From the NCBI GenBank assembly GCA_036374055.1, contig DASUUN010000144.1, positions 1 to 42,109 of the forward strand: a DNA stretch of 42,109 nt, in the 5' to 3' direction. Shown one piece after another: positions 17,267 to 26,074 of the stretch. Position numbers and translations under genes: made by a program. The number at the start of each line of letters is the position of its first letter. The stretch's first letter is position 1. This DNA comes from Burkholderiales bacterium. GTDB lineage: Bacteria; Pseudomonadota; Gammaproteobacteria; Burkholderiales; SG8-39. The notes under the pieces were generated by a model. That model made no database searches. It saw only the letters and a program-made list of their open reading frames with translations, and had not been told where the DNA came from.

Positions 17267-18040
17267 TTGAAGAAAAAGCGCGCCAGCCGCGGCATCCAGT
17301 CGATAGACACCGGCATACGGCTGCTCGAGGCCATGGAGAAAGCCGACGGGCCGCTCGCGCTGAAGGAGCTCAGCGCGCGCGCCGGCCTGGACCCGAGCGG
17401 CGCGCACCGCTACCTCGCGAGCTTCGTGCGCTGCGGCCTGGTGCGCCAGGATGCCGATACGCGCTACGACTTCGGCCCGCTCGCGTTGCAGATGGGCCTC
17501 GCCGCGGTGCGGCGCCTCGACTCCGTGCAGCTCACCGAGCAGGCGCTGCCGGCGCTCGTCGCCGAAACGGGCTACACCGCTCTATTGACCGTGTGGAGCA
17601 ACCGCGGCCCGACCGTGGTGCACTGGCAACGCAGCCGCAATCCGTTCGTCACCAGCCTGGGCCTGGGCTCGGTGCTGCCGGTGTCGCGCTCGGCCACCGG
17701 GGCGGTGCTGGTCGCCTTCCTGCCCGCGGCCGTGACCGCCGACGCGCTCGCCGCCGAGGCCAAGCGCGAGAGCATCGATCGCCCGGCCTTCGAGCGCGCG
17801 CTCGAGCGCGCGCGCCGCAACCGCCTGGCGTCGGTCGACAACAGCGTCATTCCGGGCCTCGCCGCGGTGTCCTCGCCGGTGCTGCAGTGGAACGGCGAGG
17901 CGGCCGCCGCCGTGACGCTCATCGGCCCGGACCACGAGCTGGCGAGGCTCACCCACCCCGCGGCGCTCGCGCTGCGCAAATTCTGCGACCGCCTGTCGAA
18001 GGACTTCGGCGCGGGCGATCATCTGAGGACCGCCGCATGA
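17267..18040 (+). CDS. IclR-family transcriptional regulator
   Basis: GIQSIDTGIRLLEAMEKADGPLALKELSARAGLDPSGAHRYLASFVRCGLVRQ is the IclR wHTH, followed by a C-terminal effector domain. The start is uncertain: TTG 17267 or TTG 17252, with no in-frame ATG nearby. Confidence 0.8.
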   Translation: MKKKRASRGIQSIDTGIRLLEAMEKADGPLALKELSARAGLDPSGAHRYLASFVRCGLVRQDADTRYDFGPLALQMGLAAVRRLDSVQLTEQALPALVAETGYTALLTVWSNRGPTVVHWQRSRNPFVTSLGLGSVLPVSRSATGAVLVAFLPAAVTADALAAEAKRESIDRPAFERALERARRNRLASVDNSVIPGLAAVSSPVLQWNGEAAAAVTLIGPDHELARLTHPAALALRKFCDRLSKDFGAGDHLRTAA

Positions 18041-18882
18041 AGCTGGTGACATTCGAAGTGGACGGCCGCAGCCGCGCGGGCCGCCTGGAAGGCGAGGAGA
18101 TCGTGGAGATCGGCGCCAGCCTGAAGGAGATCCTCGCCGGGGCGCCGCAGCAGCCCGGCGCGAGGCATGCGCTCGGCGGGGTGAAGCTGCGCGCGCCGAT
18201 CCCCGACCCCGGGCTGGTGCTGTCGGTCGGCATGAACTACCACGAGCACCTGAAGGAGATGAAGACGCCGGTTCCCGGGAAGCCGGCGGCCTTCACCAAG
18301 AGCGTGGCGAGCATCATCGCCAGCGGCGAGCCGATCAGGGTCCCGCCCAGCCATCCGGACATGCTCGACTGGGAAGGCGAGTTCAGCGTGGTGATCGGCA
18401 GGCCGTGCCATCGCGTGAGCGCCGCGCAGGCGCTCGACTACGTCTTCGGCTATACGCTGGTCAACGATGTCTCGGCGCGCGACTGGGTGGCGCCGATCTT
18501 CCAGGCGCAAGGGGTCATGGGCCCGATCCATGCCTGGGAGCACAACCTGCTCGGCAAGATGTTCCCGACCTTCTGCCCCATGGGGCCGTGCATCGCCACG
18601 AAGGACGAGATTCCCGACCCAGCGCGCGTGCGCATCCAGACGCGGCTGAACGGCAGGCTCATGCAGGACGCGAGCACCGACGACCTGGTGTTCAGCGTAG
18701 TGCAGCTCATCGAGTACTACTCGCAGTTCTATCTCTTCCGGCCCGGCGACGTCATCACCACCGGCTCGCCGAGCGGCGTCGGCTTCGGCCGCAGCCCCAA
18801 GGTGTTCATGAAGCCCGGCGACGTGGTGGAAGTGGAAGTGAAAGAGATCGGCATCCTGCGCAACCCCATCGAGGCCACGTAA
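18037..18882 (+). CDS. Fumarylacetoacetate hydrolase (FAH) family protein
   Basis: ATGA overlap with the iclR-like stop. GMNYHEH, DWEGEFSVVIG, GYTLVNDVSARDW and GDVITTGSPSGVG are FAH-family motifs. Confidence 0.85.
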   Translation: MKLVTFEVDGRSRAGRLEGEEIVEIGASLKEILAGAPQQPGARHALGGVKLRAPIPDPGLVLSVGMNYHEHLKEMKTPVPGKPAAFTKSVASIIASGEPIRVPPSHPDMLDWEGEFSVVIGRPCHRVSAAQALDYVFGYTLVNDVSARDWVAPIFQAQGVMGPIHAWEHNLLGKMFPTFCPMGPCIATKDEIPDPARVRIQTRLNGRLMQDASTDDLVFSVVQLIEYYSQFYLFRPGDVITTGSPSGVGFGRSPKVFMKPGDVVEVEVKEIGILRNPIEAT

Positions 18883-18893
18883 GGAATTGAGGC

Positions 18894-19976
18894 ATGGAAT
18901 TCGGCTACTTCACCCTTAGCGACAACCATTACCCGAACAACCCGCGCTCGGCGAACCAGTTCGTGCTCGAGATCCGCGAGCAGGCGATCCTGGCCGACAG
19001 GATCGGCATGCACTCGGCGTGGATCGGCGAGCATCATTTCGACTCGCTGGGCGTCAACTCGCGCCCGGACCTGGTGCTGGCGAACGTGGCGGCGCAGACG
19101 AAGAACATCCGCCTCGCGCCCGCGGTAACGGTGCTGCCGCTCCACCACCCGGTGCACGTGGCGGAGATGTGGGCGACCCTCGACGTGCTCTCCGGCGGCC
19201 GCGTCGACTTCGCCACCGGCCGCGGCTACGACCGCAAGGAGTACGCCCCGTTCGGTGCCGACTTCATGGCCTCCGCCGAGATCTTCGAGGAGGGCATCGA
19301 CGTGCTGCTCAAGGCCTGGAACTCGCCGGGCAAGTGGTCGCACCGCGGCCGCTTCTACGACATCCCGGAGATGGCGATCACGCCGAGCCCGCTGCAGAAG
19401 CCCCTGCCCTTCTACGTCGCCTCCTTTTCCAAGACCAGCGTCGAGATCGCCGCCAAGCGCGGCCTGAACATCATCTACGCGCCGTTCGCGGCGGGCATGG
19501 TGTTCGGCGGCCTCGAGAAGGCGGTCGAGAGCTACCGCGAGGCCTGCGTGCGCAATGGCAAGAAGCCCGGCCGCGCGATGTGCAGCTACTTCATCTACAT
19601 CGCCGACGACGCGCAGCAGGAGGATTACGGGCGGCAGACGCAGATGGACTATTTCAACCACTGCGTGCTGCAGGCCTTCCCGCAGAAGCCCGAGGACGCG
19701 CCGCCGACCATGCAGTACTTCATGAAGATCGTCGACATCCTGAAGAACATGAAGAAAGAGGACCTGTCCGAGCGCTCGATCCTGCTCGGCAGCCCGCAGA
19801 AGATCATCGATACGCTGAAGAAGGTGGAGCAGAGCGGCGTCGAGGAGGTGATCCTCTACTTCAACGTCGGCAACAAGCCGCACAGCCTCGTCAAGGAGCA
19901 GATGCAGCGCTTCATGAAGGAGATCGCCCCGCACTTCCAGGGCAAGCATATCGAACGCATGAAAGTCGCGGCCTGA
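18894..19976 (+). CDS. LLM-class (luciferase-like) flavin-dependent monooxygenase
   Basis: MEFGYFTLSDNHY...GMHSAWIGEHHF...GGRVDFATGRGY is typical of the luciferase-like monooxygenase family. Confidence 0.85.
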   Translation: MEFGYFTLSDNHYPNNPRSANQFVLEIREQAILADRIGMHSAWIGEHHFDSLGVNSRPDLVLANVAAQTKNIRLAPAVTVLPLHHPVHVAEMWATLDVLSGGRVDFATGRGYDRKEYAPFGADFMASAEIFEEGIDVLLKAWNSPGKWSHRGRFYDIPEMAITPSPLQKPLPFYVASFSKTSVEIAAKRGLNIIYAPFAAGMVFGGLEKAVESYREACVRNGKKPGRAMCSYFIYIADDAQQEDYGRQTQMDYFNHCVLQAFPQKPEDAPPTMQYFMKIVDILKNMKKEDLSERSILLGSPQKIIDTLKKVEQSGVEEVILYFNVGNKPHSLVKEQMQRFMKEIAPHFQGKHIERMKVAA

Positions 19977-20482
19977 TGTGGGAGGAAGTCGTCGCGCCTC
20001 AGGCGACGCAGCACGATGCGCGGGATTTTCGCAGCGCGCTCGGCACTTTCCCCACCGGGGTGTGCCTCATCACCACCGTCGCGCCGGAGGGCCGCCGGGT
20101 CGGCCTGACCGCCAACTCCTTCAGCTCGGTATCGCTCGACCCGCCGATGGTGCTGTGGAGCCTGTCGCGCACGGCGAGCAGCGCGCCGGTGTTCCGCGAT
20201 GCCGAGCACTTCGTCATCAACGTCCTCGGCGCCGGCGACCAGGCGCTGTCGTCGCATTTCGCCCGGAGCGGGCCCGACAAGTTCGCCGCCTTCGACGGGC
20301 GCTTCACCCCCGGCCTGGGCGGCGCGCCCGTGCTGCAGGGCGCGGCGGCGACCTTCGAGTGCCATAGCCGGCACCGCTACTACGGCGGCGATCACATCAT
20401 CGTCATCGGCAGGGTCGAGCGTTACGCCTACCGCGACGTCAAGCCGCTCGTGTTCCACCGCGGCGCCTATGCAGCGCCGTGA
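19976..20482 (+). CDS. Flavin reductase (HpaC/NADH:FMN oxidoreductase family)
   Basis: The start overlaps the LLM stop (TGATG). FRSALGTFPTGVCLITT...GLTANSFSSVSLDPPMVLWSL is the flavin-reductase-like domain. Confidence 0.85.
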   Translation: MWEEVVAPQATQHDARDFRSALGTFPTGVCLITTVAPEGRRVGLTANSFSSVSLDPPMVLWSLSRTASSAPVFRDAEHFVINVLGAGDQALSSHFARSGPDKFAAFDGRFTPGLGGAPVLQGAAATFECHSRHRYYGGDHIIVIGRVERYAYRDVKPLVFHRGAYAAP

Positions 20483-20552
20483 AAATCACCTTCGGCCAGG
20501 GGGGCACGCCGGGAACTGTTGCCACGAGCCGCCGCGGCTGGCGGCGATCCGG

Positions 20553-21881
20553 CTAGTAGGCGTTGCGGCCTGTCACGACCGCCCTCGCCGTGCGGGCCAG
20601 AATTGAAAGGTCCAGAAAGAGGGACCAGTCCGACAGGTATGCCAGATCGTGCTCGATGCGTGCCTTCATCTTCTCCACGGTATCCGTCTCGCCGCGGAAC
20701 CCGTTGACCTGCGCCCACCCTGTGAGTCCCGGGCGCACCTTGTGCCGGATCATGTAGCCGCTGATCGCATTGCGATAGAGATCGTTGAGTGCGACCGGGT
20801 GAGGTCGTGGTCCAACCAGGCTCATGCGCCCCTGCAAGACGTTTACGAGCTGGGGTAGTTCGTCCAGCGAGTATCTCCGCAAGAACGCGCCCACCTTGGT
20901 AACACGCGCATCGCCTGGCTTTGCTTGCCTGAACTCCGAGCCATCTTCCAGCACGCGCATCGTGCGAAACTTGTAAACGACAATCTCTCTACCGTCGAGT
21001 CCGTGACGCCGCTGCCTAAAGATGATCGGACCAGGCGCATCAAGCCTGATCGCCGCTGCGATCACCAGCATGACGGGCAGGCAGAGGAGCAACAGAACTG
21101 TGCCCAGTACGAGGTCTTCCGTCCGTTTGATGACCGCATTCATACCGAGGAACGGCGTCTCGCACAGCTGCACGACGGGCGTACCGGCAACCATGTCCAG
21201 ACGCGGCCTCATGGGCGCGCAAAGAGCTGAAAGAAATATGTCGGGCAGCAAGTAAACCGACACCGTGGTGTCGTTTAGTTGTCTGAACATGTCCACCGTA
21301 CGAGGTTGCGACATGACGGGAAGCGCAACATAGACCACGTCGGCGCGTCCCGTTTGGCAGAACCCGGGGACCTCGGCCACGGAACCCAAGAGCTCCTCGC
21401 GCGCGACACCGACCCGATCTATCGAGCGGTCATCGAAAAAACCGCAGAACGCCACGCCGGGAACGCTGGTCAGGCTGGTGCGGAAGCGCTTGCCCGGTGC
21501 ATTGGCTCCGACGATAACGACTCTCCTTTCGAACGCCCGTGCGCTTGCCGCGCCGGCAGTTACATCCCGGGCGAGCAGCCCCCCAAGATATCCGACCATC
21601 GGCGTCAGGCACACCCAAGCCACAAGCACCGTAGGGTCGGTCCACCCCATTTTTTCGGTGACGATGCCGAGGCCTAGAAGGAGCACTGCTATCGTTGCGC
21701 CGCGAGCGAGCAGGCTCGCAAAGCGACCTGTTGGTCGCTTGGGCGCCGGGACCGCGGTTGAGGCCGTGCTCGCGTGACGCTCGCCCAACTGGTTGTCCGT
21801 GAAGGCACGTGCCAGTGATCGCCAACGAGACTTTTGGTTTTTCTCCGTCGTTTCCACGCTTCGCTCGACCCTCTTGTGCAC
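20553..21881 (-). CDS. Undecaprenyl-phosphate hexose-1-phosphate transferase (WcaJ/EpsB-type exopolysaccharide priming sugar transferase)
   Basis: C-terminal bacterial sugar transferase domain: [23 protein letters not shown]...[16 protein letters not shown]...DLAYL. It has N-terminal TM helices and a central Rossmann-like part. The exact start is uncertain. Confidence 0.85.
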   Translation of the reverse strand: MHKRVERSVETTEKNQKSRWRSLARAFTDNQLGERHASTASTAVPAPKRPTGRFASLLARGATIAVLLLGLGIVTEKMGWTDPTVLVAWVCLTPMVGYLGGLLARDVTAGAASARAFERRVVIVGANAPGKRFRTSLTSVPGVAFCGFFDDRSIDRVGVAREELLGSVAEVPGFCQTGRADVVYVALPVMSQPRTVDMFRQLNDTTVSVYLLPDIFLSALCAPMRPRLDMVAGTPVVQLCETPFLGMNAVIKRTEDLVLGTVLLLLCLPVMLVIAAAIRLDAPGPIIFRQRRHGLDGREIVVYKFRTMRVLEDGSEFRQAKPGDARVTKVGAFLRRYSLDELPQLVNVLQGRMSLVGPRPHPVALNDLYRNAISGYMIRHKVRPGLTGWAQVNGFRGETDTVEKMKARIEHDLAYLSDWSLFLDLSILARTARAVVTGRNAY

Positions 21882-22155
21882 GCGGTCTTGAACGTTGCCA
21901 TAGCGACAATTGCTGACGCATCGTCAGGATGAAGGACGTACTAAGAGCGACAAGATGCCACGCCGCCGCAGCGCATCAGCGCATCCCACCTGAACATTGC
22001 TGAATGATGTTCGCGCGAACGCGACCAGTGGCGGACAGGCGCCCGGCCGCCTGTCCGGGACCGGACGGTGCTGTAATGCGCGCAGAGTCATCGATGTCGC
22101 GAGCCCCGCGGCGGCGAACGGGAGAATCTGGAACCGGCGCCGAATGCCGCGGCGC

Positions 22156-23562
22156 CTATGCGTCGCCGTAAGGCTGACCCCTCGGCAAGCTCAGGATCGC
22201 TTCGAGTCCCCCGCCGTCCAGGTTGCGCAGCGTCAGCGTGCCGCCGTGCAGGCGGGCGATCTGCCTTGCGATGCTCAATCCCAATCCGGTGCCGCCCGTG
22301 TCCCGGCTGCGCGAGCCCTCGAGGCGATGGAACGGCTCGAACACTCGTTCCAGCTCCGGCTCAGGTATGCCCGGCCCGCGGTCGCGGATGCGGATCGTCA
22401 AACGGCTCGGGGCGTCATCGACAAGCATGATGGCGGAGCTGCCGTATTTCACGGCGTTGTCGAGGAGGTTCCCCAGGCAGCGCTTCAAAGCCTGCGGCCG
22501 GCCGACGTAGGGTCCGGAGGCGGCCCCTTCGATGCTGACCTGCGCACCGGTGTCCTGCGCGTCGGCCTGAAGGCTGCCGAGCAAGGCGTTCACATCGACC
22601 GGCTGCGGCTTTTCGGCGGTCTTGCCCCCTCGCATGAATTCGAGCGTGCCCAGGATCATCGTCTCCATCTCCTCCAGGTCCTGGGCGATTTTGCTCTTGA
22701 CCTCGCCGTCTTCGAGCAGCTCGGCGCGCAGCCGCAGGCGGTTCACCGGGGTCTTGAGGTCGTGCGACATCGCTGCCAGGGTCGCCGCGCGTTCCCGGAT
22801 ATGGCCGGCAAGGCGCTCCTGCATCGTGTTGAATGCGCGCGCCGCGCGCACCACCTCCACCGGGCCCTTCTCCGGCATGGGCGGCCGGTCGATATTCCGC
22901 CCAAGCTCGTCGGCGGCGTCGGCGAGCGCCTTGAGGGGCCGCGTCGCCCAGCGCACGGCGACCCAGGAGACGGCGATAACCGCCACGAGAAGCACCGCGA
23001 GGCTCAGCAGCAGCCGGTAGGGCCAGCCCGCCGTCTGCACCGGCTGGCGTGAATCGAAAGCGACCAGTGCCCCATCGTTGAGGCGCACCTGCGCGACGAA
23101 GGAAACCCCCGGCCCGGATCCGAAGTGCAGCGCCGCTCCCGGGGCCATCCAGGGGCGATGCGCCATGGGTCCCGGCGGGCCCTTCCTTACCTCCACATTT
23201 GCTTCTCTTACCACGACGGCAACCGGGCGCCCGTCGCCGAGGTACCGGCGCAGCATCATGCCGAAGAGGGTCGACCGTGCACCGCTTTCCACCTGCGCGT
23301 CGAATGGGCGCTGGTCCAGGCTGATGGTGAGCGGCGGCGCGCTGAAAACCTGCACGATGCGCCGGCGCTCGGCGGGGGCGAGCGGCTCGAGCAGCCTCAC
23401 GATGTCGGCGATGCGCTGAGCGGTTTGCATGCCGCTTGCCTGCGCCAGTGCCTCGCTGCGATCGTGCATGTGAATCGCGAAGCTGACCAGCAGCGCGACG
23501 ACGAGCACGCTCAACTGCACCAGTACGAGGCGGCTGAACAGCGAGCGCGGCGCGACGTTCAT
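22156..23562 (-). CDS. Sensor histidine kinase (EnvZ/CpxA-like: TM, ~150-aa periplasmic loop, TM, HAMP, HisKA, HATPase)
   Basis: H-box AAMSHDLKTPVNRL, N-box LLDNAVKY, G1 IRDRGPGIP and G2 GGTGLGLSIA. Two hydrophobic segments flank a periplasmic loop. Confidence 0.85.
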   Translation of the reverse strand: MNVAPRSLFSRLVLVQLSVLVVALLVSFAIHMHDRSEALAQASGMQTAQRIADIVRLLEPLAPAERRRIVQVFSAPPLTISLDQRPFDAQVESGARSTLFGMMLRRYLGDGRPVAVVVREANVEVRKGPPGPMAHRPWMAPGAALHFGSGPGVSFVAQVRLNDGALVAFDSRQPVQTAGWPYRLLLSLAVLLVAVIAVSWVAVRWATRPLKALADAADELGRNIDRPPMPEKGPVEVVRAARAFNTMQERLAGHIRERAATLAAMSHDLKTPVNRLRLRAELLEDGEVKSKIAQDLEEMETMILGTLEFMRGGKTAEKPQPVDVNALLGSLQADAQDTGAQVSIEGAASGPYVGRPQALKRCLGNLLDNAVKYGSSAIMLVDDAPSRLTIRIRDRGPGIPEPELERVFEPFHRLEGSRSRDTGGTGLGLSIARQIARLHGGTLTLRNLDGGGLEAILSLPRGQPYGDA

Positions 23563-24293
23563 CAGGCCGCCGCTTCGACCTGCGCCGCGAGCACGTAGCC
23601 CTCGCCCCGCACGGTCTTGATGATCTGCGGCTCGCGTGCGCCGTCGCGCAGCCGCTGCCTCAGACGGCTCACCTGGACGTCGATCGCGCGGTCGAACGGG
23701 CCGGCTTCGCGCGAGATCATGAGCTCGATCAGCTGGTCGCGGGAAAGCACCCGGTGCGGGTGCGCGAGAAAGGCCCTGAGCAGCTTGAACTCCGTTCCGC
23801 TCAACGGCACCACCACACCGTCCGGCGCAGTAAGGTTGCGAGTGGCGACGTCGAGGGTCCAGCCGGCGAAGCGGTAGGCCTTCGCCCCGTCCGGCTCAAG
23901 GTTCCCGGGCAGCGAGCGCGCACGCCTGAGCACGCTCTTGATGCGGGCTAGCAGCTCCCGCGGATTGAACGGCTTCCCGAGGTAATCGTCGGCACCCATC
24001 TCCAATCCGACGATGCGGTCCGTCTCCTCGTCCCGCGCCGTGAGCATGATGACCGGCAAATTGGAGCGGGTCCGCAGATCGCGGCACAGCTCGAGGCCGT
24101 CCTCGCCTGGAAGCATCAGGTCGAGGACGATGAGGTCCGGCCGCGCTACATCGACCGCGCGCCTCAAGGCCCTGCCATCGGCCGCGACGGTTACCCGATA
24201 GCCCTGCTTTTGCAGATACGCCCGCAAAAGGCTGCGGGTCTCTGCGTCGTCGTCGACGATCAGGATGTGGTCTTGCCCGGCCATGGCTGACAT
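23562..24293 (-). CDS. OmpR-family response regulator
   Basis: Receiver ILIVDDD...DLIVLDLMLPGEDG...MLTAR and winged-helix C-terminus LSGTEFKLLRAFLAHPHRVLSRDQL...IKTVRGEGY. The start could instead be ATG 24284. Confidence 0.9.
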   Translation of the reverse strand: MSAMAGQDHILIVDDDAETRSLLRAYLQKQGYRVTVAADGRALRRAVDVARPDLIVLDLMLPGEDGLELCRDLRTRSNLPVIMLTARDEETDRIVGLEMGADDYLGKPFNPRELLARIKSVLRRARSLPGNLEPDGAKAYRFAGWTLDVATRNLTAPDGVVVPLSGTEFKLLRAFLAHPHRVLSRDQLIELMISREAGPFDRAIDVQVSRLRQRLRDGAREPQIIKTVRGEGYVLAAQVEAAA

Positions 24294-24327
24294 ATAGCGT
24301 CACGCGGCCGGTTTTCAGCCGCAAGAC

Positions 24328-24373
24328 TGTTACCCAGTGTAACAACGGCAGCCTGAACAAGCCTGCGATACAA
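24328..24373. promoter_or_regulatory. Candidate response-regulator binding repeats in the divergent promoter region
   Basis: Inverted TGTTAC(24328-33)-N5-GTAACA(24339-44), plus three similar heptamers GTAACAA (24339), TGAACAA (24354) and GATACAA (24367). Confidence 0.25.
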
Positions 24374-24468
24374 AACGCGCCTCTCTCTACATGGCGCGCT
24401 TACATCTCTTTGGTTCAATGGATTCCGCCGAGAGGTGAAGCTCTCACAACCCTGAAAGGAATCTCATT

Positions 24469-24807
24469 ATGAAACGTTCACACAAGACAGCAGCCGGGAT
24501 CGTCGCCGCTTTGAGCCTGGGCGTCGCCGCGGCGGCATTCGCCCAGCCGGGTCCTATGGGCGATGGCAACGGCCCACACGGCAAGATGCGCGGGATGCAG
24601 CATGGCGCAATGGGCCATGGCGCAGCGGGAATGGGCGCCGGCCAGTCGCTCATGACTCCGGAGGAGCGGACGGCTCTCCAGGAAAAGATGCACAACGCCA
24701 AGACAGCCGAAGAGCGCCAGAAGCTGGCGCAGGCAACGCACGAAGAGATGCAGAAGCGCGCCAAGGAGAAGGGCACCACCCTTCCCGAGCATACGCACGC
24801 GCATTGA
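24469..24807 (+). CDS. Small periplasmic Met/His-rich protein, tentatively Spy/CpxP/ZraP-like (LTXXQ-type)
   Basis: Signal MKRSHKTAAGIVAALSLGVAAAAFA, then the Met/His tract GPMGDGNGPHGKMRGMQHGAMGHGAAGMG. A helical part follows with LMTPEERTALQEKM...EERQKLAQATHEEM. Confidence 0.6.
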   Translation: MKRSHKTAAGIVAALSLGVAAAAFAQPGPMGDGNGPHGKMRGMQHGAMGHGAAGMGAGQSLMTPEERTALQEKMHNAKTAEERQKLAQATHEEMQKRAKEKGTTLPEHTHAH

Positions 24808-24878
24808 CGCATCGGGTCAGCACGCCGGGCAGCTTCCTCTTCCCGGCGTCGCTCGCCAATGATCTGGAGATACTGACA

Positions 24879-25424
24879 ATGAAACGTTCGCGCAAGATAG
24901 TCGTCGCGGGCCTGGCAGCGCTGGGGTCGGGGCTGGCGATAGCCGTTGCGTTCGCCCATCCCAACGGCATGCATCACGGCGGTCCGATGGGCATGATGCA
25001 ATCGGGCGACGCCGCCTTCCAGGCGGACATGCAACTGGTGCACGAGATGCTGGCGGGTCACGACAAGATCAAGCGCTCGGTCGAGAACCTGCCCGACGGC
25101 ATCCGCACCGTGACCGAATCCGATGATCCTCAGGTCGCCCAGGCCCTCAAGGCGCACGTGGCGAGCATGGAGCAGCGGCTCAAGGACGGCCGGATCTTCA
25201 ATCTGTTCAGCTCGACGCTGCCGGTGCTGTTCGACAACAAGGACAAGATCAAGACCACGGTGGAAATGACGCAGAACGGCGCCATCGTCACCCAGACCTC
25301 GGCCGACGCCAAGGTGGTCGCCGCGCTTCAGGCGCACGCCGGCGAGGTCGACGAGCTGGCGCGCGACGGCATGGCCGCCATGATGCGCGGCATGCGCTCG
25401 CGCATGATGGGAGCAGCGCGATGA
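24879..25424 (+). CDS. Periplasmic protein of unknown function with Met/His-rich N- and C-termini and an internal duplication
   Basis: Signal MKRSRKIVVAGLAALGSGLAIAVAFA, then HPNGMHHGGPMGMMQ. There are two ~44-aa repeats. C-terminus MAAMMRGMRSRMMG. Its stop overlaps the next gene's start. Confidence 0.55.
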   Translation: MKRSRKIVVAGLAALGSGLAIAVAFAHPNGMHHGGPMGMMQSGDAAFQADMQLVHEMLAGHDKIKRSVENLPDGIRTVTESDDPQVAQALKAHVASMEQRLKDGRIFNLFSSTLPVLFDNKDKIKTTVEMTQNGAIVTQTSADAKVVAALQAHAGEVDELARDGMAAMMRGMRSRMMGAAR

Positions 25425-26068
25425 AGCACGCCCTGCTGCTTGCCTTGTCTCTTTCTCTTTCAGGTCCCGCCGCGGCCCAGGCGCCCCATACGCACCAGCA
25501 CAGCTTCAGCGGCGCGGAGCAGTGGGCGCACGTTTTTGATGATCCGAAGCGCGATGAATGGCAGAAGCCCCATGAGGTGATCGAGGCGCTGGCCCTCAAG
25601 CCCGATGCCGTCGTCGCCGACCTCGGCTCGGGCACGGGCTATTTCGCCGTACAGCTCGCCAACATGGTGCCCCAGGGCCGCGTCTACGGCGTGGACGTCG
25701 AGCCCGACATGGTGAAATACCTCGCCGCGCGCGCGAAACGCGAGAAACGGGACAACCTCGTGGCAGTTGCGAGCACGCCAGACGATCCCCGCCTTCCGGA
25801 GAAGGCCGATCTCGTCCTGCTGGTGGACGTCTATCACCACATCGACGATCGGGAGCGCTACTTCCGCAACCTGCGCGGCTCCCTCAGGCCTGGCGGCCGC
25901 ATCGCCGTCATCGACTTCCGCATGGACTCCCCCGACGGCCCGCCGCGGGCCGCGCGCATCGCGCCGCAGCGCGTGGTCGACGAGCTGGCTCGCGCCGGCT
26001 ACCAGGTCGCCCGGCAGCACGATTTCCTCCCCAACCAGTACTTCCTCGTGTTCCAGCCACGCGACTAA
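25421..26068 (+). CDS. Class I SAM-dependent methyltransferase with cleavable Sec-type signal peptide
   Basis: MKHALLLALSLSLSGPAAAQA signal, SAM motif I VADLGSGTGYFAV, then VYHHI and LRPGGRIAVIDF. It is a paralogue of the 4561..5175 gene. Confidence 0.8.
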   Translation: MKHALLLALSLSLSGPAAAQAPHTHQHSFSGAEQWAHVFDDPKRDEWQKPHEVIEALALKPDAVVADLGSGTGYFAVQLANMVPQGRVYGVDVEPDMVKYLAARAKREKRDNLVAVASTPDDPRLPEKADLVLLVDVYHHIDDRERYFRNLRGSLRPGGRIAVIDFRMDSPDGPPRAARIAPQRVVDELARAGYQVARQHDFLPNQYFLVFQPRD

Positions 26069-26074
26069 GCGCCA

